Shown: positions 13,041 through 26,669, counted from the stretch's first letter. The stretch: 64,000 nucleotides of DNA from Octopus vulgaris (GCA_951406725.2 OX597816.1:174592001-174656000), one strand, 5' to 3'. The notes: generated by a model not told the origin, from the letters alone. Numbers and translations are program-made.

Positions 13041-16000
13041 GTTTCTATTCTTTGTTATTTTACGGGGTGAGTGCGAACCCCACTCATTTGAAGGAGTTTA
13101 TTTGCACCCTTTTAGTGTTTATTGTACCTGCACATTTACCATACAAGACTTTCTCCTTTAATCTTCCTGTGATACTGTTACATCTATGTCCAAGCTTGCT
13201 CTGGGTACAACATGGAGTTTCTATCAACACCCTTATATATCAAATCCCTGAAGAGATTTGTGATTTGTCTGTTTTCCCCCTTGCTAGGAATTTGGTTTTT
13301 GTTAAATTAACACTAAGGCCCTTACTTTCCAGGCATTGCAAAGACAGGATCTCCTAAGTTGATTTGCTCAGAAGTACAAATACAAGGCAGTTCAGTGTTA
13401 GACTATTCAACCACTTTGGTTTATATAACTAAGAAAAGTGGTAATATAACTAAAGGTCACTTATCATAGACTGGTGGATGCAAAGCCAGATACAATATTT
13501 TTTTATACAGAAATATTCATATTTAAATAGGTAGGGAGTATGAAGTCTTAATTCAATTAAAATAAGAGCCAAAATCACGACGTTCTTGTTACCCTGAGAC
13601 CGTTTTAAAGTAAAATGAGGCTGTAATGCTTATATATTTCTAAGGGCATGACAACAATACCAGAACAATTGCAATCATCATGGTACTTCATTTAAAATGA
13701 AGTTTCTTGGCTCTCTAGTTAGGTTGTCTCCATTGGTGGAACCATTTCGTATTCATAAAAGTTTGTCAATCCTTAGAGTAAGTTATAAGCTGTTGGTCTT
13801 TAACAAGGGCCCCCAGTTTTGAAGTTTGATCGATGAGGAAGGTGTTCCAGATCAGTAAACAGTATCATACGGACATCTGTCAACTAAAGACAATTTTTAT
13901 TCAGGTTCTGTCAAAAACTATTAAGTTGAAAATTTCAGAGAAATAGTTCAGAAGGTAAAATGTGATCCTATGGGCATGAAATATTAACTTATAAAGGGGT
14001 CAAATGGTGTTAACAGATGAGTGGGGTGCAAGGTGAGGTGAAAAAGCTATCTAGAGCTGATGTTGGAAAGTACCCAAGTAGAAGCAGATGAAGGGACCAG
14101 TGAATCACAATCAGCTTCCCTTCTGTAAAATTTTAAATGAAATTAAGGAACTGAAGGCAAAGGCCCAAGATTAACAAAACCATTTAAAACTTTTTGTCTT
14201 TTCAACTCATACACACCAAGAAATGAAAAGGACTGCTGACATTAAGATAATGTCAGGAGAGGAGCATTCACACTGTGGCTCAGTTTTCATAAATTTTAAC
14301 TCCATCCATGTATAAATATAACAATAACTTTTTTTTTTTTAGAAGCGTTGAAAAGGTGTATTGTACAATACAAATAAGATATTTTTTTAATGCAGAGTTG
14401 CCGTTAGAACAGCAGAAATACTGGGTAGATTACCTTTACACGAAGGAAAAGTTTGTCAACAACTAACCAAGAGACTTGCACCCATAACCCTCAAAGACCA
14501 GCTGAGTGTTTTACTATTAAGCTAAACTGCCTGCCGACAAATTCACGACTGAATAGAACAACCATGCATGTAAAAGCGTAAACAAACGTTTTTTTTTTTA
14601 GAACCATTGAAAATGTGTATTGTGTGATACAAATATGATATTTTGTAAGGGTTATTTACGCAGTATTTTTGCTGTTCTAATGGCAACTCTGCATTCGAAA
14701 AAATATCTTATTTGTAATGTACACTATATATATGTGTATATAAACTTATCTCTGGAGTGATCATCGCTCATACTTTTCCCCAAGATCAGATTTTTGTTTT
14801 ATAAATATGTGTGCATGTCTTAGTGGTTAGGATGTTGCACTCATGATTGCAAGATTATGATTTTGATACTTGGCTGGGTAGTGTGTTATGTCCTTGAGCA
14901 AAGCTCTAGTCCACTCAGCTGGCAAAAATGAGTAATCCTGCAATGAACTGGCATCCTGTCCCGAGGAAGAAGTAGATACACCACAGTATCTGGGAAACTG
15001 GCCTTATAAGCCTATGGCCAGCTGTACATAAACATATATATTGTTGAGATAAAAATTTAGAAACTTCCAGAATGTGAAATAATTATCTTTTGAAACTGAG
15101 CATTGAAGTATCTAAAGCTATAGATAATAGCCTAAATATTGTGAAAAATTTTGGATAGAAAACAAGGATGCTCATGGGATTCAAACCCATCAGTAAACAT
15201 GACAAGTGTTCTACCATTCAACCAAAAAACTCCTTAATTCTCTTCAATTTTCTAAATTTTTATGATGTGAACAACACAGTTCTTGCTGGTAAGAATATAG
15301 TTATTAAAATGGATTGAGAAATTTGAAAGATTGCTTTGTTCCAATGGCAGAACACTTGTCACGTTTAAAGGAGATGTGGGTTTGAGTCTCATAGACAGCC
15401 TTCAACTTTATCTGCATCAAGATTTGTCTTCCCAAAAATGGTTATATATATATTGTTATACTAGGGGATGGTCATGTTTTACTAATTAAACACATTCACT
15501 GAGTGTCGTGTTTGTTCTCTGTATCGATAAGATCCTAGCCTCTATGTTGTCAACAGAACCTCTAACTGAGCACTGATGAGTCCTGGCCAGTGATCACTTC
15601 AGCCACTCACCTGTGGGTGCTGTCTCGTGTTTCTGCACTGTGCCTCAGTACACCTTATACTATAGATTACATTCCTAATTTATCTGTGGGTTTACTCTAC
15701 CCACTTAACAGTTATCTGTAGAGGGGGGGTCTTTCAAATGTTCTACAGATCAGGGATTTTATGGGGGTCCCTAGTCTTGCCTCCAGGGGTAGCATTGATG
15801 AACATGACACTGGTATTTTAGGTTGTCATACCACAAGTTGACCATATCTATCTTCTTAGTTCTTTCTATGCTAATCCAGGTAATAACGACTACAGTACAG
15901 ACAAGAATAAACACGGAAAGATACAGTGTCAAAATAAGAGTCAATCACAGCAGAAGAAATGTGGGCAAAGGAAGGATCAACATAGAGAAATGGTAGTTAC

Positions 16001-16403
16001 CACTAAGAACAGTAATAGCAGCAACAATAATGTACACAGAAAGAAAGAAAGAAACAACAAAATAAAGGTCAACATATGAAAGCCAAGTGGTACCACCAAG
16101 ACCACAAACCCTAGCACTAGCAACACCACCATTAGCTGTAGTCACACTAATATCGATATAAATGACAATAGCTGTAATAATAGTGAGGACAACAACAATG
16201 AAGTCAACCACAAAAACATGCAAATCAACACAAAACAATATGCACAGACACGAACAACAACCAAAATATTAAGAGACAACCAGAAAGATAGGAAAGAAGA
16301 AAATAATATAATTGATGTAAACAACATCATCCTCCTTCACACCCTATTTTTCAACCCATGTCATACAATCCTACCTTTCAACAAATGGGTCAATATCCCA
16401 CAG

Positions 16404-16752
16404 TGGAGGCGCAATGGCCCAGTGGTTAGGGCAGCGGACTCGCGGTTTCAATTCCCAGACCGGGCGTTGTAAGTGTTTATTGAGCGAAAACACCTAAAGC
16501 TCCACGAGGCTCCGGCAGGGGATGGTGGTGATCCCTGCTGTACTCTTTCACCACAACTTTCTCTCACTCTTACTTCCTGTTTCTGTTGTACCTGTATTTC
16601 AAAGGGCCCCCGAGAACTACGTTAAGGGTACACGTGTCTGTGGAGTGCTCAGCCACTTACATGTTAATTTCACGAGCAGGCTGTTCCGTTGATCGGATCA
16701 ACCGGAACCCTCGTCATTGTAAGCGGAGTGCTTCCATCCATCCATCCATCCC
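16404..16752 (+). mobile_element. tRNA-derived SINE family B (internally deleted copy)
   Basis: TGGAGGCGCAATGGCCCAGTGGTTAGGGCAGCGG head, (TCCA)n tail, flanking ATCCCACAGT duplication. Confidence 0.85.
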
Positions 16753-17481
16753 ACAGTAAACAACTAAATAGAAGAACAAGACTTGGATTTTAGAGCAACA
16801 CATGAGGAGAGAGGCCCAGCAACTTGATGATGATGATGATGATGATGTGGTCAAGAAACGCACAGCCAACAACTTCCAAGCCACGAATAATGCCATTACA
16901 ACACTGTATGAATGCCGTAAGGATCATACAGTGATCACCAAAACCAGACTACGGAGCTAACATTGCCAACAACTACAGAATTTCCCACTTCCACTATATG
17001 CCCTATAATCAAAATGTTCTTGGATGTATGTGATAGCACAGAAGACTTCCTCAGCAGAATCAATAAATGCAACTGTGAGCTGACATGATGTGTGGGTCCC
17101 TAATAGGCAGTATGGATGTGATGTCCCTTGATTTTGCTGTGAAGATGATCAGCAAGAGTGACATGGAGTTTCATGGTGTTCACACATGCGAACTAGTCCT
17201 CCTCTTCAGACTTACATGTGACAAAAAGTACAAAGACAACAGGTGAGAAAAATTTTGCACATGCAGTAGGTGCGAGCACATAACAAGATATATGCCCAAG
17301 AAGAGAGTGCAGCCATCCGTGTCAGTATCACTGGCAATGTAGCTAACCTCTTTATGGGATAGGAGACCCAACACTTAGCAGAGAGCTCCATAACCCTGAC
17401 CATGTACTCCCACTAGGTGGATATAGACATAGTTGCAAAAGCATCCCTAAAAGACAGTGTCTATGAACCAGAAGTCATCAC

Positions 17482-17850
17482 CCATCATCATCATTGTTCG
17501 ACCGTGGTCGAGACAATGGAATTTACCATGCTACGCCAGACTTCACAGTCCATCATGGCATTACGGAGGTCCTGTTGCTGGATGCCTGTATCCCTGGAGA
17601 TTACATCAGGGTAGGAGAGTGTGCGCCCTCTGGTATTGCGAGTAGATGGTTTCCAGAGGAGAAGAGTAGAAATTACCTCTTTTTCAGCTCTACAACAATG
17701 TCTAGTAAACTGGACTCTCCTACCTTTCACAAGAGATGACACAGGTGGTAGTTTCCCATATATTTGCATTCTGGTTGGATGGCGCCTCCACGAGAGATTT
17801 TGAGCTCTCATAAGGAGGCAAGTGTAGGTTCCATCTAACCATCACTCTGG
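17482..17850 (-). mobile_element. 5'-truncated non-LTR retrotransposon (RTE-X/Proto2-like) 3' end
   Basis: Open frame MRAQNLSWRRHPTRMQIYGKLPPVSSLVKGRRVQF..HCCR...LLLWKP..RGRTLSYPDVISRDTG ends in a (TGA)n tail. Confidence 0.75.
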
Positions 17851-18733
17851 AGAGCATCCAGCAGACAGCTAGACTACCCTAGTAAGCACCCTAACTACAG
17901 ACTACTTGTTCTGGACATGGAATTCTGGCTGGAAACTAGGAATAACAAGGTCCAGATCCCCCATTCCTAATATGCTAAACCCCTGGCCTCCAAATACCTG
18001 ATCTACTGGAACAATGTAATTGTGGATGGTATCAAGTTCAATATCTTAAGAGACACATACAACATCCGTCACATGAAGTTCTCTGGGCACAGCCAAAGAG
18101 ACAGGAGCCAGGGCAAAATACAGGAGAATGATGCTAATGGGACCCACCCATTATACAAAAGTAAATCTTATCAATCACATAGAACTACGGAGGCTACACA
18201 CATAACAGAAAATAGACCAAGCCTCAATAGAAAACATAAAAGGAATAATATCCCGCCATGACCACCCCTCTACTACACTATGCAACCTGATGACTTAAGA
18301 CAAAATGAAGAAAAATAAATAAATGGCACAGGTACTAACAGTATAATATTTAAACCCTTATACACATGACACAAACAAAAGACAGATTGAGAAAGAGAAA
18401 TAAATAAATGGCACAGGTACAATCTGTAATATATATAAACCCATATACACGAACACAGGACACACAGAGATACAGATGTAAATATATGTACCACAGAAAG
18501 ACAAAATGGAATAGACAGGACAAGATGAGAGATGTGGGACAAAATCACTGAAGAGGTGACAAAAGGACTTTGACAGACAAACTAAAAATAATAATAATAA
18601 AACTAAAGTGAAGATCAAATAAATAGTGCGTGTGTTTAATTGGCAAAAGATGACCACCCCCAAGTATAACAATATCTGTTTCAACACACATTTTCACATC
18701 AACAAATACATAAATGTGTGTGTTTGTACGTGC

Positions 18734-18764
<31 letters not shown>

Positions 18765-19007
18765 AGTGTAACTTCCCTGAGTAAAGGGAACTAGTAGGTA
18801 TAAAAATAAAATACTTCTCATATACAGATCCAGCTCACAAACAATGGTAGGCGACCGAAAAACTTTCTTTACACACATGCACAATGTAAATGATACATAA
18901 CTGATTTGTTAAAAAAATTAATAGCAAGCAACATAAAAGGGAAAAGAAACAGTAAAAAATCAAATAATAAAAAAAATAAAACTTCAACTTGATTATCAAA
19001 TGGATCG

Positions 19008-19013
19008 TTTATT
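19008..19013 (-). promoter_or_regulatory. Candidate Raver polyadenylation signal (alternative at ~19844), implying a 1.5-2.4 kb U-rich 3' UTR
   Basis: TTTATT on + with a U-rich stretch downstream on -. Position is inferred only. Confidence 0.3.
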
Positions 19014-20678
19014 GAGTTCTCCCAGAGATCCTTAAAAAAATAAATAATCCATAAAATATTTCATAAAGAAGAGTCCTTTTCTTTCTGCTTCTTTACCTTA
19101 AAGTGGAAAATGATAGAGAAAAGGGAGGGAGATGGAAAATGTTGAAAGAAAAAAATATATATCTGAAAAGAAATTTGTCTTATGTTAGAAAAAAGACTCA
19201 ACGTTCAGTTGAACCACTGCAGTGATGAGAAATGTGACAACTGCCAACATAGGTTGATAGAAGTGTGTGTGTGTGTGTGTAAACAGGAAGGGAAGCTAAC
19301 GTGTGTGTGTGTGTGTGTGTATGAGAGAGAGAAAGAAATCTAAATTGAAAGTTTTAAGTGGAGTAAAAGAGAGAAAGTTTCTTTTGACTCAGTGTGTTCT
19401 TTCAGGGAATCTTCTCCAAATGGAACATTGGAAAAAGACATTCAGTTACCTATTATCAAATGAGAAATGGATTCTTTTCTGTTTTTGTTTCTATTTTTAA
19501 AAAATCATTCTAGTGCTGGGACTGAAATAAAAGGAACTGATACACGAAAAGAAATATATAGACATAGACAAAGCAGAGTGGATAAAAATTAACAATTTAG
19601 TGCAAGGAACTAATTATAATATATATTACATTACTAAAATGTGGAGAACTAGACTTAGTATAATAACAACAACAAAAATGTTTCTTACACTTGCATTAAG
19701 CCTCAGAACAGGAGGAGATATGAAGATGAGAAATTCATATGTCCAAATCTTGCTTTGTGTTAAAACAGCCTACACAGGTTAAAAACAAATAAATAAAAAC
19801 CTCTGATCAGATATAAGGATGATCTTTGTAAGAGAAAGTTAACTTTATTAATCCCGAAGAGCTGAAATATTGGTTCTATCAGGACTTGAATTGAAAATGT
19901 AAGATATTTAGTCAGGTATGCGATTGATTTTTCCTATTGGCAAAAAAGCCACTAACTTGTAAAAGATACAGGTAATTTCTATTGAATTGAACCCCAACCC
20001 TTGTTATGACTGGCACTTATTTTGTTGGCACCTCCTCTCCCAACCACACAGAGGAATGGTGAAAAATGAAGTGAACAAGATTTGAAGCTAAAAACACAAA
20101 GGGACAAAACTAAATAGTAGGAGGCATTTCATCTGACATTATATCATTTCTGCCACTCCCTAATAAAAAAAAACAACAAAATGAAAAGAGGGATAAGAAA
20201 CGGCAGTAAAACCTAACTGCAAATGAAAATTCAAATTAATTTTGCGCTGATTAATTTATTTCATCAGCTGTGTGAAAATAATGTATAGAAAGGGTGTGAA
20301 GGAGGATTTGTTAAATATATCTATTTTGATAGTGATGTTGATATATATGAATAAGATAGATAAACATTTAAGAATATTTGTTAAACCATTTCAACGACAT
20401 GTCAAATAAGACTAGTTTCTTTTTCTCACTTAACAGAAAATTTAGGGCATTGGTGGAGAAAAACTTTATCTTCACACAATCACCTGCATAGAGTTGTTTG
20501 TTTATATATATTTATATTCTTTTTTCTTTTTAATTTAAAACAGAAATAAAGATTAAAAAACAAAACAAAAATCAATTCATTATAATTTCACACTGGGTAG
20601 AAATGACAACACTGAGAACAAATCTTATGTTGTGTGCTAATGAAAACAATAGTACAATCATTAAATTAAACATATACC

Positions 20679-20712
<34 letters not shown>

Positions 20713-21251
20713 TGCACACACAAAACTCATTTAGCCAAGTAAAAAAGAAAAGATGATGAACTTTAACTTGCAAAATGTACATGCTGTTTCTTTCGTTAGT
20801 TCCAAAGATCTCAGTAGTAATAGAAGTAATTTCTAACAGGCAGAAGACCACAAGTTTTTGAGGAAGAGGTGTAGTCAATTAGATCAACTCCAGCATTTGA
20901 CTCATACTTTATTTTATCAATCCCGGAAGGATGAAAGACAAAGTCAACCTTGGCAGCAGTTGAACTAAAAGTGTAATGAGATGTAACTAAATGCTGCAAT
21001 ATATATATTGCCAGTCACTCCATCAATTTTGCCTTTCACCTTAACAACAACAACAACAACAACAATAATAATGATGAGGATGATGATTATGATGATGATG
21101 ATGATAATAGCAACAATAAAAATAATCCAGCCAGGATACATCTATCAATGTTAAAAATGTACATTAAACTATAGTGTTGGTGAGAAAAGTTGAGTGAATT
21201 GTCTGTCTGTTGGTTCATCCATCTGAGCTTTGCAAGTGGTCTTTGACAGGT

Positions 21252-21288
<37 letters not shown>

Positions 21289-21396
21289 GATCAAACATGG
21301 TGAAGGGTAAAAAAAAAATTAAAAAAAAAAAAAACCAACCAAAAAACACCCAACTGTCAAGACATTGAAATAATTGTGGTAAGTTAAAAAACAATG

Positions 21397-21576
21397 TCAA
21401 TAGTAGCTGCTCCCTTTTGCAGTGACACTAGTGTCATAACGCTTTCTCTTCCCATAGGAGTCTGCATAATGACCACCGATTCCTTGAGAGTGTTGTCCGA
21501 CATAAGCACCTTCTGGACTGGCTTCAGGTGGTGGCAACAAATGACTATAGCTTCGTTTCTGACCAATAGGAGATGT
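21397..21576 (-). CDS. RAVER: Raver (ribonucleoprotein PTB-binding) terminal coding exon
   Basis: Polypyrimidine-cAG acceptor, 180 nt. Encodes [59 protein letters not shown], matching the conserved RAVER1/2 C-terminus with the KRKR nuclear localisation signal (NLS). Missed by the ORF track. Confidence 0.93.
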   Translation of the reverse strand, partial: TSPIGQKRSYSHLLPPPEASPEGAYVGQHSQGIGGHYADSYGKRKRYDTSVTAKGSSYY

Positions 21577-21734
21577 CTGAAGCAGAAATAAAAAAAATAA
21601 AAAAAACCATCAAAAGAAAACATTAGAACATCCATACTATTATTAACACAATCATTTTTCAGTCTAATTACTTCACCTTAAGAGATGATAATTTTTATCA
21701 ATCTTTATATTCAAAGGTTTCAATCATTTCAATA

Positions 21735-22824
21735 TTAACCCTTTCGTTACCAAACCGCCCAAAGCCGCCCGAAAAAAATTTTGGTTAATGTGACCAAACC
21801 GCCCAAAGCCGCCCGAATTTACCTATTCATATTTAAATGAGAATATCAGAGCAAATCTCTTTAGTACATTCGTGAAAACACGTGATTATACTTCGTAAAC
21901 AATTCATCTACAGTTTTGTACAACGACTGACGTGTAATTTTAATTCCCTGAATTTTGGGAGATTTTTTTCCCACATTTTTTTCGGCATCGATTTTTCTTC
22001 AACTTTGAAAATGGATTGGAGTTTCATGTTATCAAGCATTGATACCGAATTGGAAATTTTGTGAAGCAAATACTGGGTACTGTTGTGGATTTAGTTTTTA
22101 TACAGGGAAACGTTAGTCAGCATGGCTTAGGGTATGATGTGGTCTGGAAGTTATTGTTTGAAGCGATCAATGCGGAAACAAACTTACGCAAAATGTAAAT
22201 GAACACAAAATGGGGGTTCAAATTTTGGAAAATTTGTGAAGCAAATATTGGGTACTGCGTGGATTTAGTTTTTATACAGGGAAAATAATGTTAGTCAGCA
22301 TGGCCTAGGGAACGATGTGGTCTGGAATTTATCACTTCCATACCATAACCAGGGCCATATATTATTTTTTGACCGATTTCTTTAGTTTGGTCAAACTTGC
22401 AGTGGATTCCAGTATTTCACTTTATTCCACCTTTATGGTACACCTGTTGTGCATTAAATTCAACTGATGATATAGTGATGTGCACAATTCTTCTTTATCA
22501 AAATTTTGTTGCATACCCATTTGAATATTAGCTGATGATTCATTTTCTATGGTGATGTTTAAACAAAATTTTAATATTTTTTACCTTTTGCTCAATTTAC
22601 CTGGATTTCCCAGTAATTAAAGTCACTTTGAGACAAAAGTTATACAATAGAATTGATTAAGAACCCTTTCTTTAATTATGTTCCAAATATCACATTAATA
22701 TGTTGATAAGTAAAAAAGTTACAGTTATTTAATGAAACAAGCCTAGATTCATGATTATTTTAGAATTTAATTGAAACTCATGAGGGGTGTATTTTGATCA
22801 GAAATATAGTAACGAAAGGGTTAA
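21735..22824 (+). mobile_element. Internally deleted piggyBac element (1.09 kb) in the last Raver intron
   Basis: TTAA TSD and TIRs CCCTTTCGTTAC / GTAACGAAAGGG. Transposase remnants KWGFKFWKICEANIGYC and QHGLGNDVVWNLSLPYHNQGHILFFDRF. Internal direct repeats at 21749/21793 and 22052/22228. Confidence 0.88.
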
Positions 22825-22947
22825 AGAGAGGATAAGATAGAATAATGTTTCTTAGAATAGACAGAATCAGGTGAATACACTTATGGATGAAGTGTATAGT
22901 AAAACAGCCCATTTAGAGCTGGGGGTGGGGAAATGTAGAAGACTTAC

Positions 22948-23085
22948 CAGAGAAGTGGTGCTAGTGGAAGTACCATAATGACTGGAATAAGAGGAGGTGC
23001 CATAGTTTGAAGTGCTTCCATAGGTGCTGCTCAGTGTTGGACTGGTGTAGTTGGAGTAAGATGACTGATAACTGGGGCTAGTAGT
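22948..23085 (-). CDS. RAVER: Raver exon, S/T/Y-rich, phase 0-0
   Basis: ttcatcAG acceptor, GTAAGT donor, 138 nt. Encodes TTSPSYQSSYSNYTSPTLSSTYGSTSNYGTSSYSSHYGTSTSTTSL. Confidence 0.85.
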
Positions 23086-24079
23086 CTGATGAAACAAAGG
23101 AGAATGTAATACTATAAACACCATAAGACTAAATAAAATTACACAAATATTAATTAACAACTATTATAAAAAATATTACTGTAAAACAATAAGCTAGTTT
23201 ATTACATTTCTTCCCTCCGTTTTCTGACAGTTATGGCTGGATGTGATTAAGGAAGGTCACCAGAGGCTTGGAGAATGCAGAGGGGCTGGCATAGGACCAC
23301 CAGCGATGGGGAGCACCATTGGACCTGGTCAGCTTTACACATAATGCCTCTAGGACAACTAACCTAGGATGATCCCAGCCTCATCAAGAAAGAGCATGAA
23401 GCAAAGTTGTTTCATAAGGCAGTAAAGTCTGCTCCAGCCTGACATTTGCTACCTTTGTCATTCTTAACAAAATTTAAACAGAGACGAACAAAACTAAATT
23501 TGCGTGCACATGCATTTGTCTCAGCCCGTGTTTACATTGATACCACAGTGGTGACAGTGTTTGTGTCCCACATAAACAAAATTCCCAGCATCAGTTCAAC
23601 ATGCAAATTATAAAATAATGTACCTTATTTGAAAACAAATAAGGATTGGTGTAGAATGCTAGTGCAAGAGATCTCATCCAATCCTCAATAGCATAGTAAA
23701 GTGGAAGTATGTATGTGAGAGAGAAAGGGGAGACTGAGAGGAGTGAATGAAAGAATTCTAATCACACAAATTTTAACGATATACCAACTCTGGTTGATAT
23801 ACACTAAGTAAATAAGAAATATTCCCTTGAATAAGGATGCCAGTCTATCAAAGATTGAATATAGAACTGCAATCAGAAGAAACATCTGTTAATTCACAGC
23901 TTGTGCTTACTGTGGTTAATTACCCCACTATGAAGTACCAATCAGACTAAGCTAATGAGAACTAAAAGACTTTCAGTGGCAGTAACAAAATGTTAACCAC
24001 TGACACTTTAGATGGGTCTTCACTTCTCAATTGATCCAGTTTCAAGAAATGCAAAAACTGACTCAAAATCACTAGCGTA

Positions 24080-24289
24080 TACTCTTTTACTTGTTTCAGT
24101 CATTTGACTGCGGCCATGCTGGAGCACCACCTTTAGTCGAGTAAATCGACCCTGGGAATTATTCTTTGTAAGCCCAGTACTTATTCTATTGGTCTCTTTT
24201 TGCCGAACTGCTAAGTGACGGGGACGTAAACACACCAGCATCGGTTGTCAAGCAATGCTAGAGGGACAAACACAGACACACAAAAACAT

Positions 24290-24332
<43 letters not shown>

Positions 24333-24497
24333 TACGACGGGCTTCTTTCAGTTTCCGTCTACCAAATCCACTCACAAGGCATTGGTCGGCCTGGGGCTAT
24401 AGCAGAAGACACTTGCCCAAGATGCCACGCAGTGGGACTGAACCCGGAACCATGTGGTTGGTTAGCAAGCTACTTACTACACAGCCACTCCTGTGCC
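24080..24497 (-). mobile_element. SINE family A, full length
   Basis: Reverse complement of 7859-8253. Confidence 0.88.
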
Positions 24498-24715
24498 TTA
24501 TTTTATTATCAGTAATGATAAAGCAAATCCCAATAGAAGTTCAGAACTATGTGGGATAAAGGTAAATGAAACAAATATCTGGGATACTACTGCTTCAGCT
24601 ATCACCACCAAAGGTTTCCATGATTGCTACAAAAACTGGGGAAATGAGATTCATTAAAATACATTACAACAATACAAAATGAACAAGTAAATAGAAATAT
24701 TGAACAATATCTTAC

Positions 24716-24889
24716 ATCATTTGTATATGCTCCTTTACTGTAGGAACTTGTACCATATGTGTTAGTGCTTGAGCCCCAGTAACCAGTGCTGGAATCAGTG
24801 TTGTTCCCATAATTACTATATATCCCTTCATATTGACCAGTGCTTGCAGTTGCGTTGCTTCCAGTATAGTTATCAGAATAACCAGAGTG
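24716..24889 (-). CDS. RAVER: Raver exon, S/G/Y/N-rich, phase 0-0
   Basis: aAG acceptor, GTAAGA donor, 174 nt open. Encodes HSGYSDNYTGSNATASTGQYEGIYSNYGNNTDSSTGYWGSSTNTYGTSSYSKGAYTND. Confidence 0.82.
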
Positions 24890-25010
24890 CTTTTAAATTT
24901 GAAGAGAAAAAGAATAAAAAATGTTATGAAGAAGAGATGAAAATTAAACAGGATTGCTATGCATACAAGAGGGTTGTCTCCTTTTTATTATTTTACTATT
25001 TTACTAGTTG

Positions 25011-25380
25011 TGGAGGCGCAATGGCCCAGTGGTTAGGGCAGCGGACTCGCGGTTTCGATTCCCAGACCGGACGTTGTGAGTGTTTATTGAGCGAAAACAC
25101 CTAAAGCTCCACGAGGCTCCGGCAGGGATGGTGGTGATCCCTGCTGTACTCTTTCACCACAACTTTCTCTCACTCTTACTTCCTGTTTCTGTTGTACCTG
25201 TATTTCAAAGGGCCGGCCTTGTCACTCTCTGTGTCACGCTGAATATCCCTGAGAACTGCGTTAAGGGTGCACGTGTCTGTGGAGTGCTCAGCCACTTACA
25301 TGTTAATTTCACGAGCAGGCTGTTCTGTTGATTCGGATCAACCGGAACCCTCGTCGTCGTAACCGACGGAGTGCTTCCAT
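25011..25380 (+). mobile_element. SINE family B
   Basis: Near-identical to 58048-58431. ATTTTACTAG flanking duplication. Confidence 0.88.
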
Positions 25381-26669
25381 TCCCATTTTACTAGCACTGT
25401 GATTTGCCAATGGGAACCACAAGTGGTAAGGATAACCGCTGTAGGCATCAGCGGCAATGTATCATTATTTATTAGCTTGCAATGTCGAATTTAACTCCTT
25501 CTGACAAGGAGAGGCTTTAACATGTTGAATTGTCCAATACATTATAACAAAATCTTCAGTGGTTTTCAAATGGCATATGAAACTTACTTTTGATGAGAAG
25601 CCAGATTTAGACATATTAAAGTTGTGGTGTTTGTGTGAATGTATACATATGTGTGAGTGTCATTCTGAAATAGTGAGCTATCAGCTCTTACCTAATAAGC
25701 CAATATTTCCAGCAGTTCGCTAGTGAGTTGCATGGTGTAGTGCAGAAGACAGTTATGGTATTTTTGTACAGAAGACAGTATATTTGCATCAGTACGGAAA
25801 CTGTGAAATGAACTTTAAGATCTGTATCTGTACTGCTATTGATTAACAATTACAATTGCATTTAAATGTTGTCATCAAATAAAATGGTACAATCAAACCA
25901 AACGTATATTCTAGACAGCAAGTAGAAGGAAAGTACCATGAGGAAATACATACTGTGTAGCTGTTTGCCAAGTCTTTGTTATAATAGTCAGTAGTTGCCT
26001 GGCTTTTAGCAGAATTATAAACATCACTGTCATCCCCTTCATTTTGGTCATAATAGTTAGAATGGTAAGTCTGAAAAATTGAAGCAAAAACATTTTGATG
26101 CCTGAAGCAGGTACATTATTTTGCCTTGATTATTCCTTATGTTATTTACCCTAATGTCACTGATAAGTAGTATGAAACTGTAAATTTCTCCAAAACTGAC
26201 ACCTTTTAGAATTTCAAGATTCTTAATCTGACAAAGTGTTTATAATCCTTGAATTACAAGGGAAAAGTTTGGTAAAATCTTTAAAAAGTTTGTGACAAAA
26301 GATTTATACAATAGAGAATTAGGAAAAATCTCAAACTGAAGTGATCAGAAAACTTTATAGAGTAACCTTCCCATTAATTATTTTCTGCTGCAAATCCTTT
26401 ATCTTGATGATCATCAATGGTGCCACTAATAAGAAACCATCTACTTAGTTTCTCAGAATGTTGGTAGTGATACAATTTGGGGTCATCCTGTTCAATATTA
26501 TAGTTAATATACTCCTGCTTATTAAACTGTGAAATAATCTGTAATATAGTATGTTAACCTAAACTGCTTTAACCTATATTTATTTTACAGAATATTTTGT
26601 TTTGGACATTTTCGTTGCAAATAAGTGTAACTGAAGTGCTTAAGGGAGTAATAAATTGAACTGAACAAG

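Noticed and set aside
15574-15600. CTGATGAGTCC hammerhead-like start (also CTGATGATCG at ~52821)
   Set aside because: No closing stem II or GAAA box follows.
21749-22328. Direct repeats with spacers, superficially CRISPR-like
   Set aside because: Only two copies of each, inside a piggyBac derivative in a eukaryotic intron, with no cas genes.
24245-25331. Recurrent ORFs ...RRHLPKMPRSGTEPGTMWLV... and MFIERKHLKLHEAPAG..., which look like a multigene family
   Set aside because: They are chance frames within the non-coding SINE A and SINE B copies.
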